A stretch of DNA of 64,000 nt, taken from positions 224,001 through 288,000 of the forward strand of contig CAVQBK010000013.1 of assembly GCA_963710755.1 (NCBI GenBank), read 5' to 3'. The notes under the pieces were generated by a model. That model was not told where the DNA came from. It saw only the letters and a program-made list of their open reading frames with translations, and made no database searches. The DNA is from an uncultured bacterium (GTDB lineage Bacteria; Oederibacteriota; JAAXVQ01; JAUVAV01). The position numbers and the translations under genes were made by a program. Shown piece after piece: positions 8,939 through 19,300 of the stretch. Positions within the stretch are counted from its first letter, which is position 1; the number at the start of each line of letters is the position of its first letter.

Positions 8939-10054
8939 TTATAACTTTAGCGGAATCTCCCTGTCCAGCCAGCCCGGATTATCGGCTGTGGGAACGGCGA
9001 ATAATTTTCCGGTGGCCCGCATGTCCTTAGCCTGATGATATTTGAAGAGCAGTTGTTCATTTAATTCGCCTAAAATTTCGATTTTACCGGTCACATGAGA
9101 CATGACATATTTAAAACGTTTGGCATGACCGTCAAGCTGCTGTTTGGCCTTTTCCACGATGTGCAGGCCTTGCCGCAGTGGCAGCTGAAAGTTTTTTTTA
9201 ACCCGACTGACCGGACGGCATTGGAAAAGGTAATAGGGGTTGATCCCGTGCCTGACCAGCGATTTCATCAATGCCGCCAGAATAGAAGGCCGGTCATTGA
9301 CGCCTTTCATCAGCACGGATTGATTGTTGACGATGATGCCGGCCTGCCGCAGACGGCTCACCGCCGCCATGGAAGCAGCGGTAATTTCCCGGGGATGATT
9401 GAAGTGGGTAATAACGTAAAGTTGTTTGCCCTGCTGACTATAGTTGCTCAATAATTTTATCAATCCCCGATCACTGGTAATGCGCTGGGGAAACACCACG
9501 GGGATTTTGCTGCCAAAACGTATATAATCCAAATGAGCGATGGGCAGGAGGTAATCCAGAATAGTCTGGATGTCATGGTTGGGCAGGGTCAAGGGATCGC
9601 CGCCGCTGACCAGCACATTATTGACTTGGCGGTGCTGCTGGATATAGGTCCTGGCCTGGTGCAGGACTTTCTCCAATTGATCATCAGGATAACCAACCCT
9701 GCGTTTGCGAAAGCAGTAGCGACAATAGGCAGCACATTGATTGGTGGTATGCACCAAAACGGTATTATCGTATTTGTGCTGTACATTGGGAGACACGGTA
9801 TTGCTTATTTCTCCGCTGGTGTCATAGGAGCCATCCTGGTCCAGTTCATTAATGGAGGGCATGATCATTTTTTTTATGGGATCCCGTGGATTTTCAGGAT
9901 TAACCAGAGACAGATAATACCTGGTAATACTCATGGGGTGGAGCGCAATGATTTTTTCCAAAGCCATTTTATGATGTCCGGTTGGCCAGCCCGTATTTTT
10001 CAAATCCTCCAGTGAAACCACATTGGCCTTTAATTCGTCTTTCCATAGCGGCAT
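8939..10054 (-). CDS. KamA-family radical SAM protein (lysine 2,3-aminomutase-like)
   Basis: HKYDNT, CAAYCRYCFRK (CxxxCxxC), SGGDPL, THFNHPREIT, NQSVLMKGVND, PYYLFQC and GKIEI. Confidence 0.92.
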   Translation of the reverse strand: MPLWKDELKANVVSLEDLKNTGWPTGHHKMALEKIIALHPMSITRYYLSLVNPENPRDPIKKMIMPSINELDQDGSYDTSGEISNTVSPNVQHKYDNTVLVHTTNQCAAYCRYCFRKRRVGYPDDQLEKVLHQARTYIQQHRQVNNVLVSGGDPLTLPNHDIQTILDYLLPIAHLDYIRFGSKIPVVFPQRITSDRGLIKLLSNYSQQGKQLYVITHFNHPREITAASMAAVSRLRQAGIIVNNQSVLMKGVNDRPSILAALMKSLVRHGINPYYLFQCRPVSRVKKNFQLPLRQGLHIVEKAKQQLDGHAKRFKYVMSHVTGKIEILGELNEQLLFKYHQAKDMRATGKLFAVPTADNPGWLDREIPLKL

Positions 10055-10237
10055 AGCACCCTTCCTCACCTGTGCTGTTCCTTAAGTACACGAAACAAAC
10101 CACAATTTCATTTCTATGGGAAATTAAGTATAGTATTTATGCCTGTTTTGTCAATGCCTGCCGGCCAATAAGCTCCTCCCTGTTTTTTCTTCTTTTTCGC
10201 AGTTCGGCAGTGTAAAATAGCCCATCTTATCTAAAGG

Positions 10238-11095
10238 ATGGCGGCGTCTATGTCTCTGGTGTCATTGATGCTTAAAAAGAAACGTAAGCCTGTCCATATC
10301 GGCCTGGCCCTGGGTGGAGGCGGCGCCCGGGGATTTGCCCACATCGCTTTCTTAAAAGTTCTTGATGATTTGGGACTGCGTCCCACCTTAATCAGCGGCG
10401 CCAGCATGGGTGCCCTGATGGGGGCCCTTTATGCCTCGGGATTGAGTGGCCGGGAAATCGAACGGACCGTCAAGGAACTAAATCTGGTGGATATGATCAC
10501 CTTGGTGGACGTGTCCTGGCATACCCCCCGGGGTCTGATCAAGGGCGAAAAAATCACCAAAACCATCAGCACCCTGATCCGCAATAAAAATTTCGAAGAT
10601 CTGGACATTCCGCTCAAGGTGGTCGCCACCGACTTTTGGGATCGCAAAGAAGTGGTATATGACAAGGGTAATGTAGCCCAAGCCATCCGGGCCAGTATTT
10701 CCATACCCGCGGTGTTTGAGCCGGTGGTGATCAACAACACCTTAATGATGGACGGCGGCCTGGTCAATTCCCTACCCTACGAAATGCTGCGCGAGACTTG
10801 CGATCTTACCATTGCTATCAATGTGGTCGGCGACAAGCTCCCCAAAGCGGACAAACGGGAAAAACCAAAATTTTTCGAGGCCTTGCTCAGTGCTTTTGAA
10901 ATCTACGAAGCCGCGGCCATTGAAAACAAGCTTCATCATGCTCAACCGGACATCTATATCAAACCTGAAATTAAAAACATCGATTTATTGGATTTTCATC
11001 TCATTGATGAAATCATTGACGGCGTCAAGAAGGACGCCCAGGCCTTCAAGCAACAGTTGACCGCCTATCTGCAACTCGAGGCCAGTGAAGGCTAA
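10238..11095 (+). CDS. Patatin-like phospholipase
   Basis: GLALGGGGARG oxyanion motif, GASMG nucleophile elbow and DGG motif. Confidence 0.93.
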   Translation: MAASMSLVSLMLKKKRKPVHIGLALGGGGARGFAHIAFLKVLDDLGLRPTLISGASMGALMGALYASGLSGREIERTVKELNLVDMITLVDVSWHTPRGLIKGEKITKTISTLIRNKNFEDLDIPLKVVATDFWDRKEVVYDKGNVAQAIRASISIPAVFEPVVINNTLMMDGGLVNSLPYEMLRETCDLTIAINVVGDKLPKADKREKPKFFEALLSAFEIYEAAAIENKLHHAQPDIYIKPEIKNIDLLDFHLIDEIIDGVKKDAQAFKQQLTAYLQLEASEG

Positions 11096-11102
11096 CCAAA
11101 AT

Positions 11103-12560
11103 TTACAGCAAGGGCGTCAGAAGACGAGCCAGGGAATGACCCAGCCGCTTGATCGTGCTTATTTTCTTGTAGGCTGAGGGGGTCAGGATGCAAGCCTGCT
11201 TTGCGTCAATTAAAAACTGATGTTCCAACGTCCGGCTCAGCGTCTTGTCATAAATCAGAATATTTAATTCATAATTCAAACTGAAACTGCGCATGTCCAC
11301 ATTGGCGGTACCCACTGAGCACAGCTCGCCGTCAATGCTGATGGTCTTGGCATGAAGAAATCCGGCCTGATAATGATAAACACGCACTCCCGCCCGCAGT
11401 AAATCTTCAAAATAGGTAAATGCCGACCAATAGGGCAGCAGTTTATCCGGTTGTCCGGTGACCATCAGGCGTACATCCAGGCCTCGCAAAGCAGCCGTTT
11501 TTAGGGCCATGAAGATACTGGGATCAGGAATAAAATAAGGTGTCTGGATAAAAACCCTTTTTTGGGCCGCATTGATCAGGGAAAAAAACATCTGGGTGAT
11601 GGAGGGCCAGCGCGCATCAGGTCCGGAGGTAATAATCTGCAGTATTTTTTCTTTTTTAGTTTTTTCAATGATGGCCGGTTGCTTGGGCGTTAGGATTAGT
11701 TCATGGGTGGTGTTGTACCAATCAATGGCAAAAATGATTTCTAAAAGCCGCACGGCCTGACCTTGAAGGCGCAGATGGGTGTCGCGCCAAAGATCGAATT
11801 TCTTGCCGCCATTAATATATTCCATGCCCATATTCATTCCGCCCGTAAACCCGACTCGGCCGTCGATGACCACGATTTTACGGTGGTTACGATAATTGAT
11901 GGTGTGGAACGTCACCAGAGACATAAAATTGTAGAATTTATAGATTTCAATGCCAGCTTGCCGCAACGCTCTGATGTATTTTCTTTTAAGCAGGAAACTA
12001 CCGAAAGAATCGGTAAGGATTTTGATTTTAACCCCTTCCCCGGCCTTTTTAATCAATGCGTCCTTGATGAGTTCGGTCAGGGAATCGTTGCGCCAAATAA
12101 AATACTCAATAAATATGTACTGCTTGGCGGCTTTAATATCTTTGATCAATTGGGAAAATTTATAGTGGCCGGAAAAATAAAAAACAACATCCTCCGCGCT
12201 GGTCAACAAGGCATCGGAATTCTGATAAAAGAGCTCCACCAGTTCATTTTTATATTTAGGCAGGCGCCAGCGTTGCTTGAGCGATTTGGCCAGGCGCTCA
12301 TGACGTTGGACCAAAGGTGCCATAATATCCTTAAGTATGCCCTCACCCAAATGATAGTCGATCTGATGATTTCTTTTCTTTTTGCGCCAATTGCGCCCGG
12401 CGAAAATATAAACCACAAATCCAACCAGAGGCAGGAAAACAAAAACTAAAATCCAGGCCAGTGTGGAGGAGACCTCCCGATTGTCCAACAACAGGTAAAT
12501 GGTGGTGATCATGAGGTAAATGTATAGAACGATAAGGATCACCACCATCACGTCGTACAT
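11103..12560 (-). CDS. cls: Cardiolipin synthase
   Basis: Two N-terminal TM helices (PLDc_N) and two HKD motifs (NHRKIVVID, LHAKTISID). Confidence 0.94.
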   Translation of the reverse strand: MYDVMVVILIVLYIYLMITTIYLLLDNREVSSTLAWILVFVFLPLVGFVVYIFAGRNWRKKKRNHQIDYHLGEGILKDIMAPLVQRHERLAKSLKQRWRLPKYKNELVELFYQNSDALLTSAEDVVFYFSGHYKFSQLIKDIKAAKQYIFIEYFIWRNDSLTELIKDALIKKAGEGVKIKILTDSFGSFLLKRKYIRALRQAGIEIYKFYNFMSLVTFHTINYRNHRKIVVIDGRVGFTGGMNMGMEYINGGKKFDLWRDTHLRLQGQAVRLLEIIFAIDWYNTTHELILTPKQPAIIEKTKKEKILQIITSGPDARWPSITQMFFSLINAAQKRVFIQTPYFIPDPSIFMALKTAALRGLDVRLMVTGQPDKLLPYWSAFTYFEDLLRAGVRVYHYQAGFLHAKTISIDGELCSVGTANVDMRSFSLNYELNILIYDKTLSRTLEHQFLIDAKQACILTPSAYKKISTIKRLGHSLARLLTPLL

Positions 12561-12729
12561 AAGCAGGCTCCTCGCTGTTTTTTAGACTAAGGCGCCTCTT
12601 ATTGTACATGAGCTGCCTATGGTTGGGTAATAATTTTCCCCTCCCCGCCCTCTTGTCTAACACGCCAAATCGCCTTTGGCTTGCCGCTATATGACCGGGC
12701 TGGCAGGTTGGACGGTGGCCCATGACGTC

Positions 12730-13161
12730 TTACACGCAGTAAATTCTGACCTTGTCATTCTCATCGTTGACTTCCACGGTCATTTCCCCCAAAGCGTTAA
12801 TAAGCTCTTCCAAATTCTCCGGTTTGAGATTGTCAAAATCATATCCCAGCCCCTGTTCGGACAAAGCTTGGTTGACTTTTCCCTTTACATGGGCGGGCAA
12901 CAGGGATGCCAATTTAACCCCTGCGCGCAGGACCTGAAAAGGCACCCGTATATTGACTTTCTCAACTTCCTTCCCTTGCGGGTCCACCTCATGCACATTG
13001 ACCATTAAATAATGAAATTTTGCTTTAGTCCCCGGCGTAGCGACCGGTGAAGAGGTGGGGATGGGTTCCTCTTTTAGTGCCTTCAACAACTTTTCCGCGT
13101 CGTCGACAGCAATTTTACCTTGTTGCAGCATTTCTAAAATCTTGTGCGTTTCCTGTGACAT
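12730..13161 (-). CDS. SHOCT-like-domain protein of the DUF2089 operon
   Basis: MSQETHKILEMLQQGKIAVDDAEKLLKAL start, KVNIRVP and terminal KVRIYCV. AGGAGG RBS before ATG 13161. Confidence 0.82.
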   Translation of the reverse strand: MSQETHKILEMLQQGKIAVDDAEKLLKALKEEPIPTSSPVATPGTKAKFHYLMVNVHEVDPQGKEVEKVNIRVPFQVLRAGVKLASLLPAHVKGKVNQALSEQGLGYDFDNLKPENLEELINALGEMTVEVNDENDKVRIYCV

Positions 13162-13172
13162 GATACACCTCC

Positions 13173-13454
13173 TTATGCAATAACCAGCTGAACTTGATCT
13201 TTGCCATTCACATTGATGGATAATCCTTTTAAGGAACACAACAACAAGTACAAGGCCATGGGCCAACTCAACTGCTTTCTGCCTTTGGATGTCCAAACCG
13301 CCCAGGGCAGAAACAGGAGCCAGAAGACCAGCATCACCGCTGCCACTAACAAGAGCAACGGCCACAGCACCACAAATAAGGGAAGCCACAAGGCAAACCC
13401 TCTTTGATTACGTCTCTTGATTTTTAACCAAAAGACCGCCGGCGGAATCATCAT
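13173..13454 (-). CDS. Small membrane protein (DUF2089 operon)
   Basis: MIPP...LWLPLFVVLWPLLL hydrophobic core; overlaps the stop of the upstream gene. Confidence 0.7.
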   Translation of the reverse strand: MMIPPAVFWLKIKRRNQRGFALWLPLFVVLWPLLLLVAAVMLVFWLLFLPWAVWTSKGRKQLSWPMALYLLLCSLKGLSINVNGKDQVQLVIA

Positions 13455-13813
13455 GAGCTCATCCTCTCCAAGGCTTCCTCAACCGTTAACTCCCCGCGCT
13501 CCAATTGTTCCAGAATACTGAGCTGCCCTTCTTCCTTGTCCACTTTCACAAAGTCGAAGGCTTTGCCCAGCCGGTTAAGCCTGTTTTTAATGGTGGGATA
13601 GCTTACCCCAAAAAGCTGCTCCATCTGTTTGATGGACCCATGGGTTTTAATAAATGCGGCCACAAATATTTGATCATCAAGCGCCAGCTTCGCCAGTGCC
13701 GGCAATTCAAACCGGCCTTCCACATGAATATCCCGAGCCGGCAAATGGACCCGCTCAATAATAATCTCGCCCTGCTCACTTAATTGAACCAAGGTCTGCC
13801 ATCCTTTAGCCAT
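13451..13813 (-). CDS. DUF2089-family HTH protein
   Basis: GSIKQMEQLFGVSYPTIKNRL HTH and C-terminal ILEQLERGELTVEEALERM. Confidence 0.88.
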   Translation of the reverse strand: MAKGWQTLVQLSEQGEIIIERVHLPARDIHVEGRFELPALAKLALDDQIFVAAFIKTHGSIKQMEQLFGVSYPTIKNRLNRLGKAFDFVKVDKEEGQLSILEQLERGELTVEEALERMSS

Positions 13814-13850
13814 AACGACCACCGCCTTTAACTTTGTACCTCTATAATAC

Positions 13851-13930
13851 AAATTATATTAATTATATTCAATATTTAAATTAATATAATTAATATTTAT
13901 TTGATTTATTATTAATTAAATTGATTTTAT
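13851..13930. repeat. AT-rich phased TT(A/G)AT repeat array upstream of DUF2089
   Basis: Only 3 G/C in 80 nt. Pentamers at 13859, 13869 (TCAAT), 13881, 13890, 13901, 13912 and 13921. Confidence 0.5.
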
Positions 13931-14266
13931 TCCTAAAAGTTCCCAACACCCTCCGGAGATGGTAGCCCAAGATTTTTCTTGGCTTGGCCTGCGAACCCCA
14001 GCCTCACCATTTCAGCGCAAGCATATAAAAACCATCAAATCCTTTTTCCGGTCCTCTGCCTTTTAGACCTTCTCCAAATAAAAAGTGCCATACTTTTCCA
14101 TTAAAAAAACATCAACTGCAAAAAATATTTACAGAAGAAACGACCTAAACTGGCGACGCTAAACAGGTGTGGGAATATCGGATAACAGCAGGAATTAAAT
14201 TTCAGGAAAAGCGAGGATCGTTAATAAGGTTATTCAGACAGGTCAGCCAAACCGTGCAACCTTTGC

Positions 14267-15382
14267 TTACTCAGCCTCCCTCGTATGTTTTTTATCGCGA
14301 ATGAGTTTGGCGCTGCGCTTGTACCCTTTTTCCAAGCGCTTTTTGCGTTGCTTTTCAGCCAACACCGCATGGTCATTTAAGCGCGATTCAAGATAGTGCT
14401 GTTCTTTTAGCATTTTAAGATAATTTTCATAACGTTTGGCAGACAAGGCACCCGCTTCCACTGCCGCCTTGACGGCACATTTGGTTTCGCTGATGTGACG
14501 ACAATCGGAAAAATAACATTCGGAGGCTAAAGCCTCGATGTCTCCAAAAGTTTCTTTAATCCCTTCATCAACATCCCAGATTTGCAGTTCCCGCATACCC
14601 GGCGTGTCAATAAGAATTCCACCGCCGGGCAGGGCTATCATTTCCCTTCTGGTGGTGGCATGGCGTCCTTTGGAATCCGCAGCCCGCACTTCCAGGGTGG
14701 TTTGTAAGTCACGGCCGCAAAGGCCATTGATCAACGAGGACTTGCCCACGCCCGACGACCCTACCAAGGCATAGGATGAGCCGGGCTGTATGAATGCCTT
14801 CAACTCATCCAACCCCTGCTCTGTCAAACAGCTGGTTAAAAAAACCGGCACCCGGCCGGCAATAGTTTCAACCTCCTTCTGATGGAAATTCGCCTCGCCA
14901 TCCAAATCGCATTTGTTTAAGATAATCGCAGCCGTCATACCACCTTCGTAAATCATGGGCAGGTATCGTTCCATGCGGCGCAAATTATAATTGTCATCCA
15001 GGCCCTGCACGATAAAGACCGTATCCAGGTTGGCGGCTATAATCTGTTCTTCCACCCGTTGGCCCGCAATTTTTCGGGAAAGGGTTGTTCGTCTGGGCAA
15101 CAAGGCATGAATAATGCACTTTTGTTCGCCCGGCACCATGGTGATCACCACCCAATCGCCCACTTTGGGTAGTGCGCTTTGATCTTTGGCGTGAAAGAGC
15201 AATTTGCCGCTGGCTTCAGCCAACATTTCGCCCTGGACCGTATGCACAAGGTAGAAGTTATTGAATTCGATGCCGATACGGCCGACGCTCCTATTCAGAG
15301 CAACAGGCCTATCCGCCAGGGCGGTTTGAAAAAAATCAGACCACCCCAGCGCCTGCAAGGTTGTACTCGGCGCTTTATTCAT
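14267..15382 (-). CDS. rsgA: Ribosome small-subunit-dependent GTPase A
   Basis: OB fold VGDWV, NKCD, GSSGVGKSS, GRHATT, DTPGMRE and the CxFxDCxHxxExxC zinc finger. Confidence 0.95.
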   Translation of the reverse strand: MNKAPSTTLQALGWSDFFQTALADRPVALNRSVGRIGIEFNNFYLVHTVQGEMLAEASGKLLFHAKDQSALPKVGDWVVITMVPGEQKCIIHALLPRRTTLSRKIAGQRVEEQIIAANLDTVFIVQGLDDNYNLRRMERYLPMIYEGGMTAAIILNKCDLDGEANFHQKEVETIAGRVPVFLTSCLTEQGLDELKAFIQPGSSYALVGSSGVGKSSLINGLCGRDLQTTLEVRAADSKGRHATTRREMIALPGGGILIDTPGMRELQIWDVDEGIKETFGDIEALASECYFSDCRHISETKCAVKAAVEAGALSAKRYENYLKMLKEQHYLESRLNDHAVLAEKQRKKRLEKGYKRSAKLIRDKKHTREAE

Positions 15383-15558
15383 CTTCTCCTCGTTGGCATG
15401 CCATGCCCTTCCCTCTTCCATTAAACCAGCGTCCTTTTGTTATTGGCCTTTTAAAATCAAAAGTGTTTCTTTAAACGCCTCAGCATAGCGGCTCGCCCTG
15501 CTTTCGTCAAGAACGGTATTTTATTCCGCACCCTCTCGGATCAAGCACTCTTTTAAAT

Positions 15559-15590
15559 AAAAAAAGCCTGCCAGGCTACCCTGGCAGGCT
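15559..15590 (-). terminator. Rho-independent terminator of hsp20 (1)
   Basis: AGCCTGCCAGG-N4-CCTGGCAGGCT stem followed by a U-tract on the minus strand. Confidence 0.85.
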
Positions 15591-15601
15591 GCACACTTGG
15601 G

Positions 15602-16048
15602 TTAATGAACCTGAATTTGTTTGGTTTTGGCCTCTTCGGCTTTGGGCACCAACAGCTTCAGAATACCGTCTTTGTATTCCGCCTTGATGTCTTCAGCTTT
15701 GATCTGACCAGGAAGCCGGAAACTGCGGCTAAAGCTGCCGTATACCCGTTCCGAGCAATAGCTGTTCTCCTCTTTGCTTTCTTTTTCTTCCTTTTTCTCA
15801 CCATGAATGGTCAAGACATCGTTGTGCAATTCCACTTTAAAATCATCTTTACCGATGCCGGGCATTTCCATTTCAATGTGATAACCATCTTTGGTTTCAT
15901 TGATATCCGTTACCGGCATCAATGCCATCCGCTCTTCTCTCTCACGCTCCCTGTTGAGAAAAGGCCATCCAAATGCATTGAATAAATCGTCAAAATCTCT
16001 TTCTACCCTGCCAAGTCCTCTGTTCGGTTGCCATCTTGAGATTGCCAT
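15602..16048 (-). CDS. Hsp20/alpha-crystallin small heat-shock protein
   Basis: PVTDINET, EMPG, ERVYGSFSRSFRLP and AEYKDGILKL. GGAGG RBS before ATG 16048. Confidence 0.95.
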   Translation of the reverse strand: MAISRWQPNRGLGRVERDFDDLFNAFGWPFLNREREREERMALMPVTDINETKDGYHIEMEMPGIGKDDFKVELHNDVLTIHGEKKEEKESKEENSYCSERVYGSFSRSFRLPGQIKAEDIKAEYKDGILKLLVPKAEEAKTKQIQVH

Positions 16049-16097
16049 TTTAATTGCCTCCTTGTGAATGCTTCCCATCAATCCCGCTAAATATCAA

Positions 16098-16114
16098 AGC
16101 ATAAGGCGTGCCAA
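16098..16114 (-). promoter_or_regulatory. sigma54 promoter of hsp20 (1)
   Basis: TTGGCACGCCTTATGCT, a near-consensus TGGCACG-N4-TTGC-type site. Confidence 0.8.
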
Positions 16115-16223
16115 AAATGGGGTTAACCTGTCACGAGAAGTTTATAAAAAACGTTTATTTTCAAATAGTTTCAGTGCGGTACAAACACGGAAAGGAGGCA
16201 AAGTAGGAGCTTTGATTTATTTT

Positions 16224-16236
16224 TTTCAAATTGAAA
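16224..16236. promoter_or_regulatory. Palindrome, candidate enhancer for hsp20 (1)
   Basis: TTTCAA-A-TTGAAA about 119 bp upstream of the -24 GG. A related site lies upstream of hsp20 (2). Confidence 0.4.
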
Positions 16237-16340
16237 CAGAACCATTAAACGATTAAACAGTTGAACCCTTACCGCGGTTATTTCCTTTTACTTCCAGGTC
16301 AGTTACAACTACCTCGGATCAACTTCGAAGCCTGAGCTGT

Positions 16341-19300
16341 TTATTTGATGATGGCCACTTTTCCTATTTTTTGTGGATAGCCTTTATTTTGTTTATATAA
16401 AATGAGTTGATAGAGATAAATCCCAGGCGCTACTCGAGATGAAGACCAGGTAAGGGCTTGGGCTGGATGGTTTTCTTCGATCGTTGCGATTAAGTCGCCA
16501 TGCATATTATAAAAACGAACCATGGCCTTATCACAGCCGGGTTCATCCCAGGCAATGGTGACTTGGTCTTTGGCCGGATTAGGAAAAGCGATGATGTGCT
16601 TACCCTTCAAATGGGTGAAATAACTATAGGTTGGTGTGTATGTTAGCGTCGTACTGGGTACTTGGGTAGGCGTGGTGGTGATGGTTGGGGTAATGGTAGC
16701 CGTAGGAGTGCTGGGAGAAATTTGATCCAAGTCATAGGCATAGGCACTGCCACCGGCAAAGGCAATATCACTATCATAATCAGCGCCGATAACCAAATCA
16801 TTGCCAACTAAATCAACAGCACTACCGAAACTATCCCCAAAAGCACCCATGGGAACACCGGCATCACCATCGCTAGCCTCCAAGTCAGCATAATGCAACC
16901 ATTGCCCGTTAGAGTATTGATAAAGGTAGGCAATGCCTTTGGAGTAATGATGGGAGGGGTTGCCCAAGAGAACATGGTCGCCGTCAATAGCGATGCTCTC
17001 GATGTCCTTGGCAACAATGGTTTTTATTAATACCCAATGGCTATTCTGATACTCATAGATATAGACCTTTTGATTCGATTTTACCACCATACGATCTTGA
17101 TCACAGTCCACCAAACTGCCAAAATGATAACTGTCATCATTGGCATTAAGTTTTGCCGTTTCGGACCATTGATCAGCATTCAATTCGAATACGTAAAGAC
17201 GCCCTTTCATATAATCATCATGGCCGGGGGCGCCGACGATCAGGCGATTTCCGGACAAGACCATGCTCGTGCCAAAGGCATCCCCGAATTGACCATCCGA
17301 TGAACCCAGTTTGGAGTGAAACAGCCATTGACTGCCTGATTTTTTATAAACATAAACCGCGCCCGGTTTCGGATTGTCTTGAAAAGAGTGTTCCGGTGCG
17401 CCAACAAAGGCATAGGTATCATTGAGCGCAACCGCAGCACCGAATGCTCCCGGTCCTCCGGGATCATCCTGGGTTAACCGAGCTTCTTCAATCCAACTGG
17501 TGTCATTTTTAGCATAAATGAACTCAGCCAGCATGATGTGATCCTCATGAATGGTAACACTTGCATAATTATAACCATTAGCACCGTCAAATACATGTTG
17601 CTGTCTCCAGCGGTTGCCGTCGTTTATAAATAAATGTTGTCTAAATCCCTCGTGTTCAGAAACCACCAGGTATTGATTTGAGAGGGTCACCACACTGCCA
17701 AACATGCTGGTATGACCATTTTTTCCGTATAATTTGTTGGACACTATTGGTTCGGTGGACATTTCCAGGTTATAATTCAACACTGCGGAGCTGTCAGGGG
17801 TGTAAATTTTTAAATAATAGTCCCCCCCCTGGTCAAAGGTTGCGACCAGATTTACATTTTTGTAATCCGTGTATTGCCCGGTCTCAATCAAGGCATCATT
17901 AAGTTCAGCGTCGTAGAGTTGCGCCATGATTTTCCCGCCCATTTGTAGTGTGCTGATCTTGGCAGTAATTTTTATGGGAAGTTGATCGACGGTGAATTTG
18001 ATCCAATCAACATCACCGGCAGGCACCAGGTTATGGTTGGACTGAGACCCGTTAAGGCTGATCACGCTGGCTTGGCCGGCATCATTGTCGGATTCATAAG
18101 CATCAGCGGATACCACCGTAACCGGTCCGGTACTGTAGCTGACCCGGGGGGCGTCAATTTGATTGTCCATCACGACATAAATATAATACTGTCCCGGCGG
18201 CACTGTCGAAACATCCCATAAATAATGATCGTTTTCGTCATTTTCCGACAGCCCGCTTACTATTAAGGTGCCGTCCTGTCCTTGGTTATCATTGTCATAG
18301 TAAAGTGAGATAGCGGCATCAGCCTTGGGATCTTCATCGGCCCATTTAATATCATATGATCCATAGGCATAGTCCTGCCTGCCATTGGGTTGCAACAAGC
18401 CCAGGTAGCTGTCCGCCAAATAAATACCGGCCTGCGAAAAGGCTTGGACTACGGCGGGCGTGGAATAACCCAGATCAGCAGTGGCCTCCAATACGCCCAG
18501 CGCGCCTTCCCGGAAATCCGTGTATTCCGTCCAGTAATATTGATTAGCCCGCAAAAAGATATCAAAGGCTTTTTTTACATCCCAGCCCGGCGAAGTTGAG
18601 ATGAGGTAAAAAACCTTGTTGTAGATGCCGCTGCTGTAATGAACATTCATGGCATCATGGTATTCGGCAACGTGATCAATAGATTGGCCGTCTCGAGGCG
18701 GATCCGCCATATAACGTAATGCTTGGCCGCTTTTGACAATGTCGGCGCCAACGAGAAAATCCGTTTGGCCAAAAACATAATATTTAGCCGCTTCACCTGC
18801 CATATCGGAGAAGGATTCATTAATCCCGCCCGATTGGCCGGAATACCATAAATCCGAATAACGCTGGGTAAAGCCATGGCTGGCTTCATGAGCCACGACA
18901 TCCAAGCTGATTAAGGGATAAAATTGTTTGTGGCCATCACCAAAATTGAGCTTTTTGCCATCCCAATAAGCATTTTCATAATCGATCAATAAATGAACGC
19001 CCAAATATAATTTACCTTCTACCGGGGTGGTATTAAACCAAGTCTGATACATCTCATAAATCTTGGTCCCAAAGTAATGGGCATCATTGAGAGGGGCGTA
19101 AGCGCCATTGATAAATTGGAAGGTGTTTCTGGTCCCCAAGAAACTATAACCCGGCTTGCTTGTATCAAACGAATAGTCATGATCAACATTAAAGGTTTTT
19201 ACCTGATCAGTGGCTAAGGTGGAGGTAACATCGATAATTTTTATATCCAGATGATCACGATCGTTCCCGTACTCGTATTGACCGGTCTTCTCATTCCCGC

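Noticed and set aside
14074-14090. TGGCAC on the minus strand as a sigma54 promoter
   Set aside because: No GC at the -12 position.
16628-16715. Repetitive ACC/ACG/CCA-rich DNA
   Set aside because: It encodes the Thr/Pro linker of the protease and is not an independent repeat or CRISPR array.
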